From Lingula anatina (taxonomy: Eukaryota; Animalia; Brachiopoda): a stretch of DNA of 64,000 nucleotides. The translations under genes were made by a program, and so were the position numbers. How positions within the stretch are numbered: the first letter of the stretch is position 1; every line of letters begins with the position of its first letter. The notes below the pieces were generated by a model. That model was not told the origin of the DNA. It saw only the letters and a program-made list of their open reading frames with translations, and made no database searches. Location: assembly GCA_051362555.1 (NCBI GenBank), contig CM120643.1, forward strand, positions 26,106,848-26,170,847. Direction: 5' to 3'. Of this stretch, positions 50,941 through 64,000 are shown in pieces.

Positions 50941-53694
50941 CTAGTCCATCTGGTTAGGCGGAACGCTGCAGAAACCCATTCAGAGCGTTCCACGGCTACT
51001 GAATTTATGTGGCGTAAAAACACATAACTGTCCCGAGACGACGAGTAAGGGATTCATTCCACTCGTTAAATTGGACGATATCTGTTGTAATTGTCCCACT
51101 GTCATTTAAAGCCGTAATTAATGGCGGGGTTGTTCTCTTGCCCTTGCAGACCACCCGTGCTGTGGAGACAACCGAGAGAGAAGGCCAGGTTTCGTTTTAT
51201 GACTTTGCCGGGCAAGAGTCTCAGATTTGCTTTAAGTCGTTAAAACTCAAGAGCTTTTGTAATTAAACGACAAAGTGGATTTGTTTCTTGGGACCAAAAG
51301 CGAGATTAGCCGTATTGGTGGTGGCCAAAGATAAAGCGTACTTTTCGAAGCAATTTTTTTATCCTACTTGAAATATGCCTAAATTACCGTGTCTTGTATT
51401 GTTATCGAAGCATCGTGATGATGTAGGGGGACTGATGTAACTGTTTCAGCCACAGTCAGCTGCCTTTGTTTGCAACAACTTTCTTGAATAAAAAAAACTT
51501 ACAAGGCAACCTTTATGTAAGTTTAGAAATAAGCCATTTTTAATAGTATGAATTGAGCGTTGAATCGATAGTTTATAGATAGTTATATTGCAAGCAACAG
51601 CACTGATGCGTGAGAATCTCTCAAGTGAATAAAAGCATATTTCTTAAGCTACATCTCATAAAAAGCGAGGAATTGTAAAAAAGCACTATCTGCCTGAATG
51701 GCCTATCACTGGTGCTGCAACGACCAATTAAATGTGAAAAATAAACAAATTTAAAATTTGTAAATTGTTTTGAGATCGAAGCAAGAAAGTTCACCATTAC
51801 TTAAATTTCACATCAGCTTAAATATGGAATTTACGATGTTCAAACGGTTTAGTTGATAGGGTAAAAAAAAAAAAAACGCGTGGAAAGATAAAGTCTGGTG
51901 CAGAAAAAAATGGCGAAAGAGAGACGCTTTCCGGGTCTTGAATCATCCCTTTAAATCTTAATCTAATTAAAGAGGCAAAGATGCTTGTGAGTTATTTGCG
52001 GTAATTCCTGTATTGTTCTAGCTCAGTCAGAGTCGGGCCCTGGATATTGAGTTCAATGTTTTTCATGTATCTGTTGTATTGACGGATATCCCAGCAAGTA
52101 ATTTTATCACTCTGACTGCTTTGATATGAGCTCTCGCTCTGTTTTCGCAGGCCAGTCAGATAGAAAATCACGTGGAATTCAGTAATTAACCCCAGTAATT
52201 GTTTACCCAAGAATGAAAAAGAAAACAAAAGAGTTCTCGAGCGCGACACTGAAGTTGGTTACTTTTCTGGCCCCCACATTTCATGTAATTCTCTCCTTGT
52301 GTAGAAGTCTCGCTTTCGTTTGATACTTATGTAAGCCATAAGCCGTACTCGCATTGATATTGAGGCCACTGTAAACTGCACTGGACCAGATGCGGATTTT
52401 TTTTTCTTTGAAAAACATAAATTGAAATGAAAATTTATTGAAAATTCAATGTTAATATCAAAATTAAAAAAAAAAAAAAGAAAACAAGATTTTGCACACT
52501 CAATCTGTTGATAAATAAGGGTGTTCAACATATACTGATGGAAACGCAAGAGTACATACTAGTACATGTATACAAGATTTAAAGAAAACTACATTTTGCA
52601 TGAAGCTTGTTTATTTGGTCATCAAGGTCTAATTCTATGCAGTGTAATGAAAGGAAAAATTAAACATTAAGAACATATATAAATTTTAAGGACCTCTTTG
52701 TTATTGCCCAATTTCGAAATAGAATACAATTTTCTACATCTGATCTGAAGTAGTCTTTTCCATGCAACCATAAGTTATTGGTAAAATGATGAAAACATCA
52801 AATAAATAAAAACCCACATATAAATTAATATAAAATATTGTGCGTATTCATTGTAAAGCCAGTTTTGAACAACATATATGAGAAAGTAATGTTTTATTTA
52901 CAATAGTCCTTTGCTTCAAATTGTTACCCTTGGAGGAGTTTCCTTTTCTCATGATTGACTTCATTATAGAGTATCTTGTAATATACCAGGACTCATTGAT
53001 GAGACTTTGAATGCGCACGGCATCAATATTTGAACAAAGGTGTTTTACATGGCTTATTTCTGGGGACGTGACCAGAACCACGTGTATAATATCCAGTAGC
53101 AAAGCCATTTTCATCGACATGTCAAGGAGTCAATACAACTGGTATTTCAGAACATTCATTTTATTCCCCAAAGCTGTGCTTTGCTTTGTATGCAAAAACA
53201 CTGTGCATCATGGAATTGGTAGTACGTTCAGAGGAAAAGAAGAAAAAAAAACAATACGTATACGTTGATGCATGAATAAAATTATTCCTCATTGCGACGT
53301 TTAGTGTGTTGTCACATCTAAAGCAATTTTAACTCAAACCCAGGGAATGATTGTGATTGTGTTTTGCTCAGCGCCATTTTGATAAACGCAACCTGCTACC
53401 ACAATTCACAGGAGTGAAGTCCCTGGTTTCTTCCTCACAACATCATTTGGATTTTTAAAAGGAAACTTATACAAAGAAACTTACTTTTTTGACATTGCGT
53501 AAATGTATCTACCGGGGGCAAAACTACGAATAGTTATCATCAAATATAATAATAGAATACGTGCCATGTTATAGTAGCATAAAACAACAATTCTACTAGT
53601 TTGTGGTTGACAGATTGTTTATGTCATAGTAAAGACTTGAATTCAAAGGACACTAGATAATGGGATTCACGTTTTTTTCTCCAAGTTAAAGGGA

Positions 53695-53846
53695 AAACAA
53701 TTGGATTTTTCTGGGGTAAACGACGATTTTCCCACACTTACCAATGGTTAATGAATCCTTTCCAACATTCAAGGTTAGTCCATTGTTTTTCTTCCCTAAA
53801 ATGCTAATTTTTTAAAAATAAACTCTTAAGAGATTATTACAGAGGT
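53695..53846 (+). repeat. Dispersed repeat fragment, copy 2
   Basis: TTTTCTGGGGTAAACGACGATTTTCCCACACTTACCAATGGTTAATGAATCC...ACATTCAAGGTTAGTCC, similar to 725-875. Confidence 0.7.
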
Positions 53847-53938
53847 ATATCCATCTATGAAGGTCCACGTGGTGTGACAGCAAGCACAGATTCCAGAATA
53901 ATTGCGATAACCGCTGATTTAGGGGAAAATTTATAAAA

Positions 53939-53969
<31 letters not shown>

Positions 53970-54035
53970 TTATTGCGTTTATTTTATAGAGAAATATTAA
54001 TCTCAAACGAACAGTTGTTATCCCTTTAAACTTCC

Positions 54036-54047
54036 TCCCCCCCCCCC

Positions 54048-54079
<32 letters not shown>
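54036..54079. repeat. Poly-C tract
   Basis: About 44-nt C run with one T interruption. Confidence 0.9.
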
Positions 54080-54080
<1 letters not shown>

Positions 54081-56618
54081 CCCACCAACCCCGTTCCACA
54101 AAACCATTCTGTGGCTTTCACATCCAGCCATTGATCAGGCTCAAATCATCCTGAGTTTTAGAGAGCCAGGGTGGCGCGTGACGCCGTACAACTGGGCACC
54201 CGGTATACATCGGCTGGCTACTTGTCGAGATGTTCATTCCGGAACACACTCAGGAACTCAGGGTATTGATACAGATACATGTAGAACTACTGCAGTGTAC
54301 TGTTACCCTCGTCAAAGCCGTAGATCTGGAGGGAAATCGGTTTCTTGTGAAATAAATCTAATGGAGTGATAGATGGGGATTTGAAGTTTATAAATCTATG
54401 TGAAGATAAAATCAAATGTCAATTAAATCAGTTCAGAGAAAAAGCAACAGTTCAGTAACCACTTGTGTTTGTGTGAGCGCGTGCATGTGTGTTTTTGCGT
54501 TTGAGCATGTGAACGTATATGTGTGCGTGTTTGTGTGAGCATATGTGTGTGTACCAGCTGACCACTAATTGTGTTTTCCTTTTTATGTCTGAATTTAAAA
54601 CTTAGTTAATTAAGTCATAAAAAAAGAAAATAAAAAATGTGAACACAAAGCTGCAAAGGATTACTTGGAAGGGTTGAACAAGTGCATTGTAGAATCTGCT
54701 TCCTACATAAGGAACTAAATCTTTGGTAAAAAAAAATAATTCAAAACGTACTATTAGCCAAAGTTTAAAATCAGTAAAATTGTCACTTAAAGATTGATTT
54801 TTAATAATACCCCAACTTGTTGGACGAATGGTGCAAGCGGACTAAAGATTTAACGCCTAAAAACCCGGATAGAAAGCAGTGTTATTAAAGGTTGTTTGTG
54901 TACGTACGCGTGGGCGCCGGAGGAAAGTTGCGTTACGTAGTGTTATATTTCTGTTTTAGAAACTTGTTTATTAATTTCATTTCATTAATATTTTACTGTC
55001 AATAACAAGACGAAATTGTTTGAATTGGATCCTCATGCTTCAAAAAGGGAATTTCAACAACAGCAAAATGTTTTACGAGGTACGCGTGTTATCTTTCAGG
55101 CTATTGTAATCCGCGTTCAATGCGGTGCTAATTTTACTCGGTTTAGAAGTTTTCGCTTTAGTGATTGTCCCAGAACAAAAGAGAAAAGTTACCAGGAACA
55201 AGGCGCGCATCAGCGTTCTCACGAACCACAAATATATCAACCGAATTCCCTTTGAAGTTGTCATCCAGGGCAAGTAATCGACTTCTTCTCTTCCTTTTAC
55301 TTTGAACCTTCTTTTGGAAACGCTGTGCCCGCAATTAAGAGTCTCCTCGGTACTGTTTGCTGGCGGCAGTGTCGTATTCTTCGAATTCTCATTCACTCCC
55401 CTTCACTGAGCCGCTCGCATTACTACTCTTCCCACAGTAATTTAAACATTTCGTAATCTTGTCGATTAACAATTGTTTTGATTAACTCGCGGAGAGGGTT
55501 TAATCAACAGAACGTCTGCATTAAAATTTTATATGGATAACAAGTTTTGTCGGCGGGTAACAGAAGAATATTGACCAATCTGGGGAATAAAGACTTCTGA
55601 AACGTTTCCAGAAATCTGCGAACAGACGTAATCTAGGAAATATAGAGGAGGTGTTAAAATCACCGGTAGGTGATAAGGCAAAATCTGCACCCTTTCTTCT
55701 TTTAATATATGACCGTTAGTATAGTTATTTACCAAATATATGGACCTAATATCAAATGTGGATTGAATGATGTGACAAAAAAGATACAGTTAATTAGTTT
55801 TTCACACGTCATATTTCTCTTCATATTCGTTCAAACAAACATATCCTTTGACAAATATTCTTAGCATTTACTTCTGTTATAAATTTACAGATATGTATTC
55901 AAAATCAGCAGATAGCATTTATGATTGGCATCGCAGGGTTTATATTATAGTGCACGAGCTTTTGGAACCCCGCTTGAAATTCAATGGCTGAGATTCTGGC
56001 AACCTGGCTAAGTATCGGCTGTTTTGAAATAATATGATACACATAATAATCAATGTTATTATTCAACCCCCCGTGTCGGACAAGAGTACCGCGGTCAGTA
56101 GTTCTTTAAGGCCCTCAGCTACTGACCATTGTCTGGCAGCGTCCAGTGCGCATTTAATTCTATTTTCCTGCTTAATTATTCATATTTGATGACTTGAGTA
56201 ACGCGATTTTGAGACACATATTACAAAAGACTGGGTTTAATTGCATGAGAATTTAGAGACCAAGGGCAGTTCGTTTCATGCTTCGGTGGTTTCGTCTTGA
56301 TTTTCTTTATTTTCGTCCAGGGATTCCGTGTGTAATGTTATCGTCTGCATAGTTTTAATGAAATGCGGGGAATAATGGAAGGTTGTCGTTAAAGTATCAT
56401 CGCCTGTTACTTCAAGGCGACAGATGTTTGTCTTCACGCGAAAACAAATAGTAAAAATTTGAGCTACGTAATAAAATATGTCGTATCAAATTTTGACTTG
56501 TGTCAGCTGCTGGTGCATTCATCTTTGATAAAGGACGCAACTGTTTTCCTTCGTGTCATTGATTATGTCATTTCTCAGGGACGTTCTGCATGATTGACCG
56601 TTGAGCTTTACTCGGAAC

Positions 56619-56637
56619 TCCTCTCCCCCCTCTCTCT

Positions 56638-56668
<31 letters not shown>

Positions 56669-56744
56669 CTCTCGCTCTCTCTTCCCTCACTCTCTCTCTC
56701 TCTCTCTCCCTCTCTCTCCCTCTCTCTCTCTCTCTCTCTCCCCC
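56619..56744. repeat. Imperfect (CT)n microsatellite
   Basis: Seen directly. Confidence 0.95.
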
Positions 56745-59016
56745 TCACTCTGGAGGCAGGTGCGTATCCACCTCTCAGCTTCGTACAACTGTACATGTGT
56801 ATAAACTTCTCCTAGAACCACAAAGTGATTACGAGCGAAACAAGTAAACACAGACAATTTTCTCAATTCCTGTGCCCTTAAATCAATTAAGTTGTCGTCG
56901 TCAACTACTGCACATATGACGTACAGCAAAATTGCGTCATCTTTGTACTCTCTTCAGGAAATTCGTGCATCCAGTGCTTGTTCGCTTTCTCTCGTTCTCT
57001 CTCTCAAGCCGATGAAAAAGGTATCTATTCGTAACAAAATATATAATATAAAAACTTCGAAATTTAAGCAAAAAAAAACCATACGTCAATACTTCATTAA
57101 TCAAATTAAGAAAGTATTACAAAGTGAAAACTATTATTTAGGACAGCCTCTCAATAACTGGCAATAACCTCCTAAGTAAGTTCCCTGTTACTATTCTTCG
57201 TCGACAAGGCGATGATGAAATTATAATGGACAAGCAAACTCAGCAGTCGGCACAATGTAGATCTTCCTTCAAGGCATTCCGCGTGCAGTATAGACTTTCT
57301 AAATTGACACAAATTTGATCCTGACTTTTACATTTGTAGCTTCTTTTAAGTTTGCTTAAAATCCCTGTTGTTAAAACCATCTAGCCATCTCAACAATGAC
57401 TTTTTAAACTTTAATTTTCCTTATCAAATTACCCGACATTTATTGATAAAAGCATTGTTACGTGACTTTGTTCCCTGCCAGCTAGAAATCTATCATGTTT
57501 GCTAAAGAAAAAACAGAGCAGCCAGGGAGCAATTAGTTAAATAGCTTAGGGGCTAGGTTTGTGGAAAATAAAGCAGCGGTTTGGTTATTTTTTATTTACT
57601 AAGCTTGACAGAAGCAGCCTGCATTGAAGAGGTGGTGTGCAGTTACAAAAGAGACCAAAATGGCGGGCACGCCGTCCTCTTGATAGAGTGTCACATTGTG
57701 AAAGAAGAAGACCAAGACATTGTTCTGTTTGTTTGCCGGCCATGTATTTAGTCGTGAAACAAGTTAGTGGATGTTTCTTTATCCTTGAAGCAATGGCCAA
57801 TATTACTTTGTCGGGGTCTAATTTTGTTCAGTCATGTTTCAAATTCCTAGTTAAAATTTTAGAATTCAGAGATTCTGGAGAAGAGACCTGCTATTATTAT
57901 TTTATAAATCCAGACAGATTATTTGTTCTATTAAACGATAGCTAATAAATATCTGGATAATATCTGAAATAATTGGACTCGTGTTTCTTCATATGCCAAA
58001 TCTTTCTTTAATTTTTTATATGTTTAAAAACCTTCAACTGTTAAATACTTATTATACATCAAAAATATTAAGACCAATTCTTTCATTTATTCTTTTCATA
58101 CTGTGAACATATATAATCTGCCTTTGATTAACAGCGATAAGATGTGTTAAAATTTTTAACGTAATTACGTTAAGACTTTAAAACACCATAGCTAACTATG
58201 GATGCAAATGTTTTTGCTCTTAACACATGAGCCAAGAGTTCACTTTTTGCAAGTTAAATTAATTGATTTTTAGGTTTTTCTGACGAAAGTTTATAAAATA
58301 AAATGTTCCAAGAATTGTGATATCTCAATGGCAAAGCCTTTTGAGAAGGAAATTCTGAAAATTAAATAAATAGAGGGGGGAGGAAATTACAAAAACTCGG
58401 TTTATCTTTTCAAAAATATCACAAAATGTCTGCAATTTCCACGAGGTTTAATTCACGCTCAGACACCAAAAAGAAAATTTGTTTGTATAGATGTAGAGCA
58501 GTGAAATATCTCACAGTGTTCATAGATATATAAAACTTGCTATAAAATAAAATTTTATAAGTTGGTATAAACATAAAGTTTATACTAGTATGGTAATTTG
58601 CTAAAATAAAATTACTTTTTTTTCTTTTCCTATTTCAAAGAAACATTTTTTATTTGGATTTTATACACTTTCGTAAATGTTTTCAGAGCCTAATTTTCCC
58701 TTTAAGTAGAAATCTATTTCTACTAACGCTTTGGTAATAAATTTCCCTAGAATGATATTTACAAGAGAACATTACGTGAAGCTGGGTCGCTCCACGTGGA
58801 CCAAGGGTGTGTCTATGGGAATGGGGCCATGAACAGTTTCAGTCGGAAATATAATCATTTCTTTCTCTCTTGAACAAATGTCTTTCCTAAAAAAAATCAT
58901 TAAAATTTGTGAAAATTTTAAGATTTCTTGTCCGCAAACCAACACCAAAAAATAATGTCCTTCGTTGATAAGGACAAATAAAAAATAAAAATATGATGTA
59001 TTTCTACATTTTCCTA

Positions 59017-59180
59017 TACTACTTCTACTACTTTTACTACTACTGCTGTTGCTTTTACTATTACTACTACTACCAGTGCTACTACTACTACTACTACTAC
59101 ATGTACTACTACTACTACTACTAAAATAATAATAATAATAATAATGGTGATAATGATGGTAATAATGATGAAGATGATGA
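59017..59180. repeat. Compound (ACT)n/(AAT)n/(GAT)n trinucleotide repeat
   Basis: Seen directly. Confidence 0.92.
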
Positions 59181-59932
59181 ACAAGAACGTGGTTTTGCTG
59201 CACTCTACATCAGAAAGTCGTGATTGTGTATTTAAGGTGGATCTCGTTACTAGCCGGCGGCGCACACTTGTCGTCTCATTACTAATTAAAACTACTGTGG
59301 TCATTTGGAACAACACTGAAAACAAAGACCAACCATCTTTGCCATTGATTTTATGGACTAGCCATGGAAATTATCTCGATGCTGTTTTCCTTGAAATGTA
59401 AAACTGTGAAACTCGACTAGAGATTTTGTAGTACGGAAAAGATTTTTTCTTCTGGGAACTTCTGACATGCATGGATTTGATTTCTTTTCAAAGAAAAAGT
59501 GTTCTTAAACCTCAGAATACCTTATAAAGAGAGTGTAGAAATTAAAACCAGATAGTAAAAACTGATAGTGCGGTTTGTTCTGTCTGTAAAAGATACTATT
59601 GATTCGTGGTCACAGAATACATGTACAAGTTAGAGCAGATTGATATTTTTCCATCGGTAAATGTCTATGTAAAAGCTATGGTCGGTGGGAATAACAATGA
59701 TAACAAGTGACAATCTATAAATAGTTGGCGTGGGTTGTCCAAGCTTCAGACAAAATCATTGATTTGATTTTTCATTCATGGACATCAGTTGAAAGTCATG
59801 AAATGATAAACATTTTGAGGAACAGCGAGAAATCCCTTCAAAATGAACTGATTTCGGTGAAATAATTTCATTCGTGAAAAGCAGGCTGTAAGAACGACTC
59901 AGAATATGTTTTTTAAGCAATTGTACTGGTGA

Positions 59933-60210
59933 TCTTACCCATGCCCCCATATCAAATCGTTGACCTAGGTCAGATATTTACCAGAAATTTATGTTTAAAA
60001 AATCTAGAATCGGATATTCCGTCATTTCACAGAGGATGTCCTAAGTTCTTGAGAATGGATCCGTATTTATTCCACTAGTGCTCTAACCCATGTAACCATG
60101 CCAAACCGTTAACCTAGGTCAGGTTGTAGATATTTATAAGATATTTATGTTAAAAATAAAATAAATCCAGCATAAGCTATCCAGTCACATTACAGAAGAT
60201 GTCCGAAGTG
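59933..60210. repeat. Degenerate ~150-bp tandem duplication
   Basis: ACCCATG...CGTTGACCTAGGTCAG...ATTTATGTT...ACAGAGGATGTCCTAAGT is repeated as ACCCATG...CGTTAACCTAGGTCAG...ATTTATGTT...ACAGAAGATGTCCGAAGT. Confidence 0.7.
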
Positions 60211-63200
60211 AGGAGGCAGCGGTGTTAATTAACTGGCCGTAGCCCGGGGTGCAGCGTTCGTCCAGTCATTCGAGTCCATTACAGTGCCACCGGGTACAAA
60301 ACTTTGTGTACACTTCTCTTGCTATGCCTATTGACGTTTTTAGGCAAGTTTACCGTTGCCTGTTATTCAAAATATTAGCGATGTGCGGCCGACAGTCCAG
60401 GTGGTTTTGTACAAATACTTTTCATAAGAGAGAAAATACTAGTACCACTTAACTCTCAGTCGCTACACAATCAAGTCACAATGGACCGGCAATATGACCC
60501 CGGGCCAGCAGCTTTACACCGAGTCTGTGTAACATGAAAATATTGATGTCAGAGCCGGTGGAGTGTTGTCTGTTAGCTAAGCCCCGTGTTTTCATTATTT
60601 CAAGCCCAGAGCTTTGTGAAGTTGTAAACGCGTAAATCCCGTGATTAAACCGTACCCACTTTGGAGCTGTAATGCCACCTGCCCCCCGAGTGTTTTCACT
60701 TGATACGGCCTCGAGAGTGCTCCAATTGTCAAATATTATTTTTACCGACCGTTTCACTGCGCAGAGAGAACAGGGGGAATTACATCTTGTATTGTTTGAG
60801 ACTTAAAGAAATGGGCATATTTTTCGGCTCGATGCTGTACACTTCAAAGCGATCGGATTTTCATTTTAGCGATATTATTTTGATTTGGTATTACGTTTGT
60901 TACCAGAACCAAAACAGAACGAAAGAAGGGGCAGCTTGATATAGGAATGAATTGCAGCCACATTGATATCGATGACTGAGATACGTTTAAAATAAATAAT
61001 GGTATTATCTCAATCTACATGAGATCTTTGATAAGTGAAGGTGCAATGAACCGTGTTTATTTTGACGCGTCGGTTTCTATCTTAGCTTCAAAGATAGCGT
61101 CCCTTCGATATTAAATGGCATTGTGTTGAATCGATTCGTTTCTCCAAGTCAAATACTAGTATTGTGTCAGGACATGTTAAATTATTTCAGATGAAGAAAA
61201 AAAATCAAATGAGATTTTGATCTCCTGTGCAGAAATATAATCAAAATATATAATCGTGTATCAGACATTTTTCAGACACCGGCTACTTGAACGGTCAATA
61301 GAAATTGTACAAATCTTTCATTTATTTACTTTTCTCACAGTTACTCATATAAAAGATACAACAAAAAACTTTATGGAATTATATATTTTTTATTTAACTC
61401 CAATTAAACGATATACATTTGACACTGAATGATAATTAGTTAGGTCATGTCACCACGAAAGTTTCAATTCCCCCGATGCTGAAAGGGCGAATTCAATATA
61501 TTTATGTTTTATAATCACAACACTGCCAATTGAGTGTTATATTTACACTTCGGAAACCGGCACTCAATTTCTCTGAATTTTTCAACAAGCGCGGTGTAGG
61601 GTTTGATCGACCCTGGGCCTTGTTTCAACTTGTGCAAATCTCGGTAGGGGCAAAGTAAACTGCAGTTCGCTTAGTCCATTAAACCCACCGTGGCGTTTAT
61701 TTTACGCTTTCTGTCGTTAATATTATAGCCCGGGGCCTCTGGATCCATTTTCCGATGAAATATATTTTCTGTTGCCTCAAACTGAAAGCATAATGTTGAA
61801 ATAAGCCCTCTCTTATTCCCGGCGTTTACCTTCCTTTCTACGATCGATGTTTGATTTACTCTGGAATCAGAAAAGGCAGGTTCTAAAAGCTTTTCCCAAA
61901 TAATAGCTGGTATTTTCAGTTAAGAGCACTTATAATGTGAAGGAATTGACCACATTAACTTGGGAAAATATATAATATCTTAATTTGTTTATTTGAAATG
62001 GGTCCGAGGCATACGACACATTGGTATGTTGTGTATGCAGCTTTATCTACTCTTACAACGCTATAGAAACACGGCGTAAAAAGGCGAACAAAGCATTACC
62101 GGCTGATATTCACTGCTGTATTTTTGTATCAGTTCGAATGTTGATATTACAGACATAGCCGAATGAATAGGGACTATTTTGTCGTGCAATTAGAACGCCT
62201 TTCATTGACTGGCTATGTTTAGGTAAACCTTGCTCGCCTTACTTAACTACAGTAATAGAGTAAATAGAAAAACACGTTGAACCATCGAAGAATTCGAGCT
62301 GAAAAACCTCGCGCTATTTTCCCACAAACATCGGCGAAAAGAAAACAAACCCTTGATTACTTTAATTCAGCCCGCTGATATACTTTCTTCTCTAATATGT
62401 TTGCGTTATAGAGGGAAATATTTTTCGAAAATATTGTCAAGTTCATGAAATTAACCCCTATTTCTGCAGCGGGTATTGTTAACGTTTCAAGCAAGGTGTG
62501 TTAACAGTCAAGTGTTCCCCTGCAAGGGGGCAAGCACGGGCTACTTTTTATTTTTTCTTTCTTAAAACCTTTACACAAGACACAATGATTCAAACCAAGA
62601 CGTGAGTAAAACTGAAAGAAAATCGATTTTGCTCAAAAATATGACGGGGCACGGAGTCAGTGAGAACAAAATGATTGCTGGTTAATTACTTCGTTTTATT
62701 GACATAATAAAATCACTCCCTATTGTGATATTGTACAGGAAAGAGACGCACTAACAGGTGTGTAGAAGCGCAGCTGTTAAAATTCTTAATCCGCAAAACA
62801 GACGAAGAAATGGCAGTGGACATGCTTAAAATAATTGTAGAATTAAGATTAAAACTTAATTTTAAATAATAAATTAACTATTAGTTTAATTAGATCTGTG
62901 AATAATTCTCTAACTAGTGAAATTTTTTAAGAATTAGAAAACTGTGTATGTCCACTTTTGGCAAGTTGAAAATTGGATTTCTTTTAAAGAAAGAAGCCAG
63001 CGGTTACTTATAATCATTTGATAATGAACTGTTAAAAATTTCAATTAAGTTTAAATCACTTAATTATTCAGTTGACACACCAGTTGATTCAAAGGAAAGT
63101 TTGTAGTTCCATATTTTCCTCTCAGCAAATAAAATAATTCAAATTGGCGTCTTAAATCGTCTGAACTTCAGCAGTCATTCCAAATAAAATACTTGAGTCT

Positions 63201-64000
63201 ATAACATGTACATGTAGTAAACGCCTTCAAGAAGATTAACAAAACAATCGCCCTTTATATAAAAACCTTTATGTCATAGTGTTATGGTCTGAATAATACC
63301 CTCCATCGAATCCGATCTCCTTAAGTACAAACCCAAAAAGTAGTTTCCTATCAATTAAATAAGATGTTTATTTCGAAAGGAAGTCCTGTGGTGGTTTCCA
63401 AATATAGGCGAGATTTAATCGGAGCACCAAACATCGTTTGCTCAAAGTTCTACGGGAGTCACGACACTGCAGGCCCTATGAACAGACAATTGACAAACAT
63501 CTGGAAGTAAACAGCCGCCTAAAGCAAGTAGACTTTTTTCGATTAACAAGATGGTCTTCCATTCAGTGGACGCCGTAGTCAAAATAAAGGGGAGAAAAAG
63601 TCCGGCGCATTGGTCAATATGTAACTTCCGAGAAGATAGAAAAAGAGAACTGCTGTCCGCGCGAAATGCCCAACAACGGTCATCTTTGATTAATTTATGG
63701 ATTTTATGATAAAAGACTATTCTTTTTTAGTGAATACCTCACGTACTATGCTTTCAATAGATTTAAATGACTCACTAAATCGAAAAGAGACAAAGCATTC
63801 AAATAAAGACATAATATTTACGGACAAATATAAAATGGTTAAGTAGGCACGGTCAGTCAAATATGGCGGTTAGAAAAATGTGTGAGGCAGGGAAATATAT
63901 TTTGACTACACGATATATATTCTACTTTAACGTCTTTCACAAATGTTAGTAGCAGCTGGTTTGTCTATTAATCTTTTTTCATTATTATTGTTAATTATTA

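Noticed and set aside
56093-56127. Hairpin GGTCAGTAG...CTACTGACC as a pre-miRNA or terminator
   Set aside because: The stem is only ~10 bp and does not extend, too short for a pre-miRNA. Intrinsic terminators do not apply in this eukaryotic context.
60215-60290. Possible tRNA/SINE head (ATTCGAGTCC B-box-like)
   Set aside because: No cloverleaf or convincing A box, and no second copy in the window.
50940-64000. Other Fox-cluster genes (FoxC, FoxL1, FoxQ1)
   Set aside because: No second forkhead-encoding ORF on either strand in this window. They may lie outside it.

Overview
AT-rich, microsatellite-rich animal genomic DNA, most consistent with a bilaterian marine invertebrate (species not determinable from the sequence). 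Two developmental transcription-factor genes lie head-to-head. (1) On the minus strand is the 5' half of a ZNF423/ZNF521 (Oaz/Roaz/EHZF)-family zinc-finger gene, which the ORF track largely misses. Five exons can be spliced in frame by eye (22338-22377, 15940-16035, 15141-15305, 546-679, 1-98 and continuing off the left edge). They give MSRRKQAKPRALKR (NuRD-binding motif), a C2HC finger and the first C2H2 finger. (2) On the plus strand is a complete two-exon FoxF gene (37405-38452, 49568-49722; 400 aa) with an 11.1-kb intron. The rest is non-coding: several MITE families, microsatellites and motif-dense candidate enhancers (CTCF, EBF/COE, GLI, RFX, NK2, YY1). CpG content switches sharply near 22.2 kb: depleted in the ZNF423/521 gene body, retained across the FoxF domain. 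There are no prokaryotic features, CRISPR arrays or recognisable rRNA/tRNA genes. The most interesting signals are the tight ZNF423/521-FoxF divergent linkage, a recurrent GCAGACGAY motif around both promoters, GLI-like sites in and after FoxF, miR-96/182 seed sites in the FoxF 3' UTR, and a candidate cassette exon. All motif counts are by eye and need computational confirmation.
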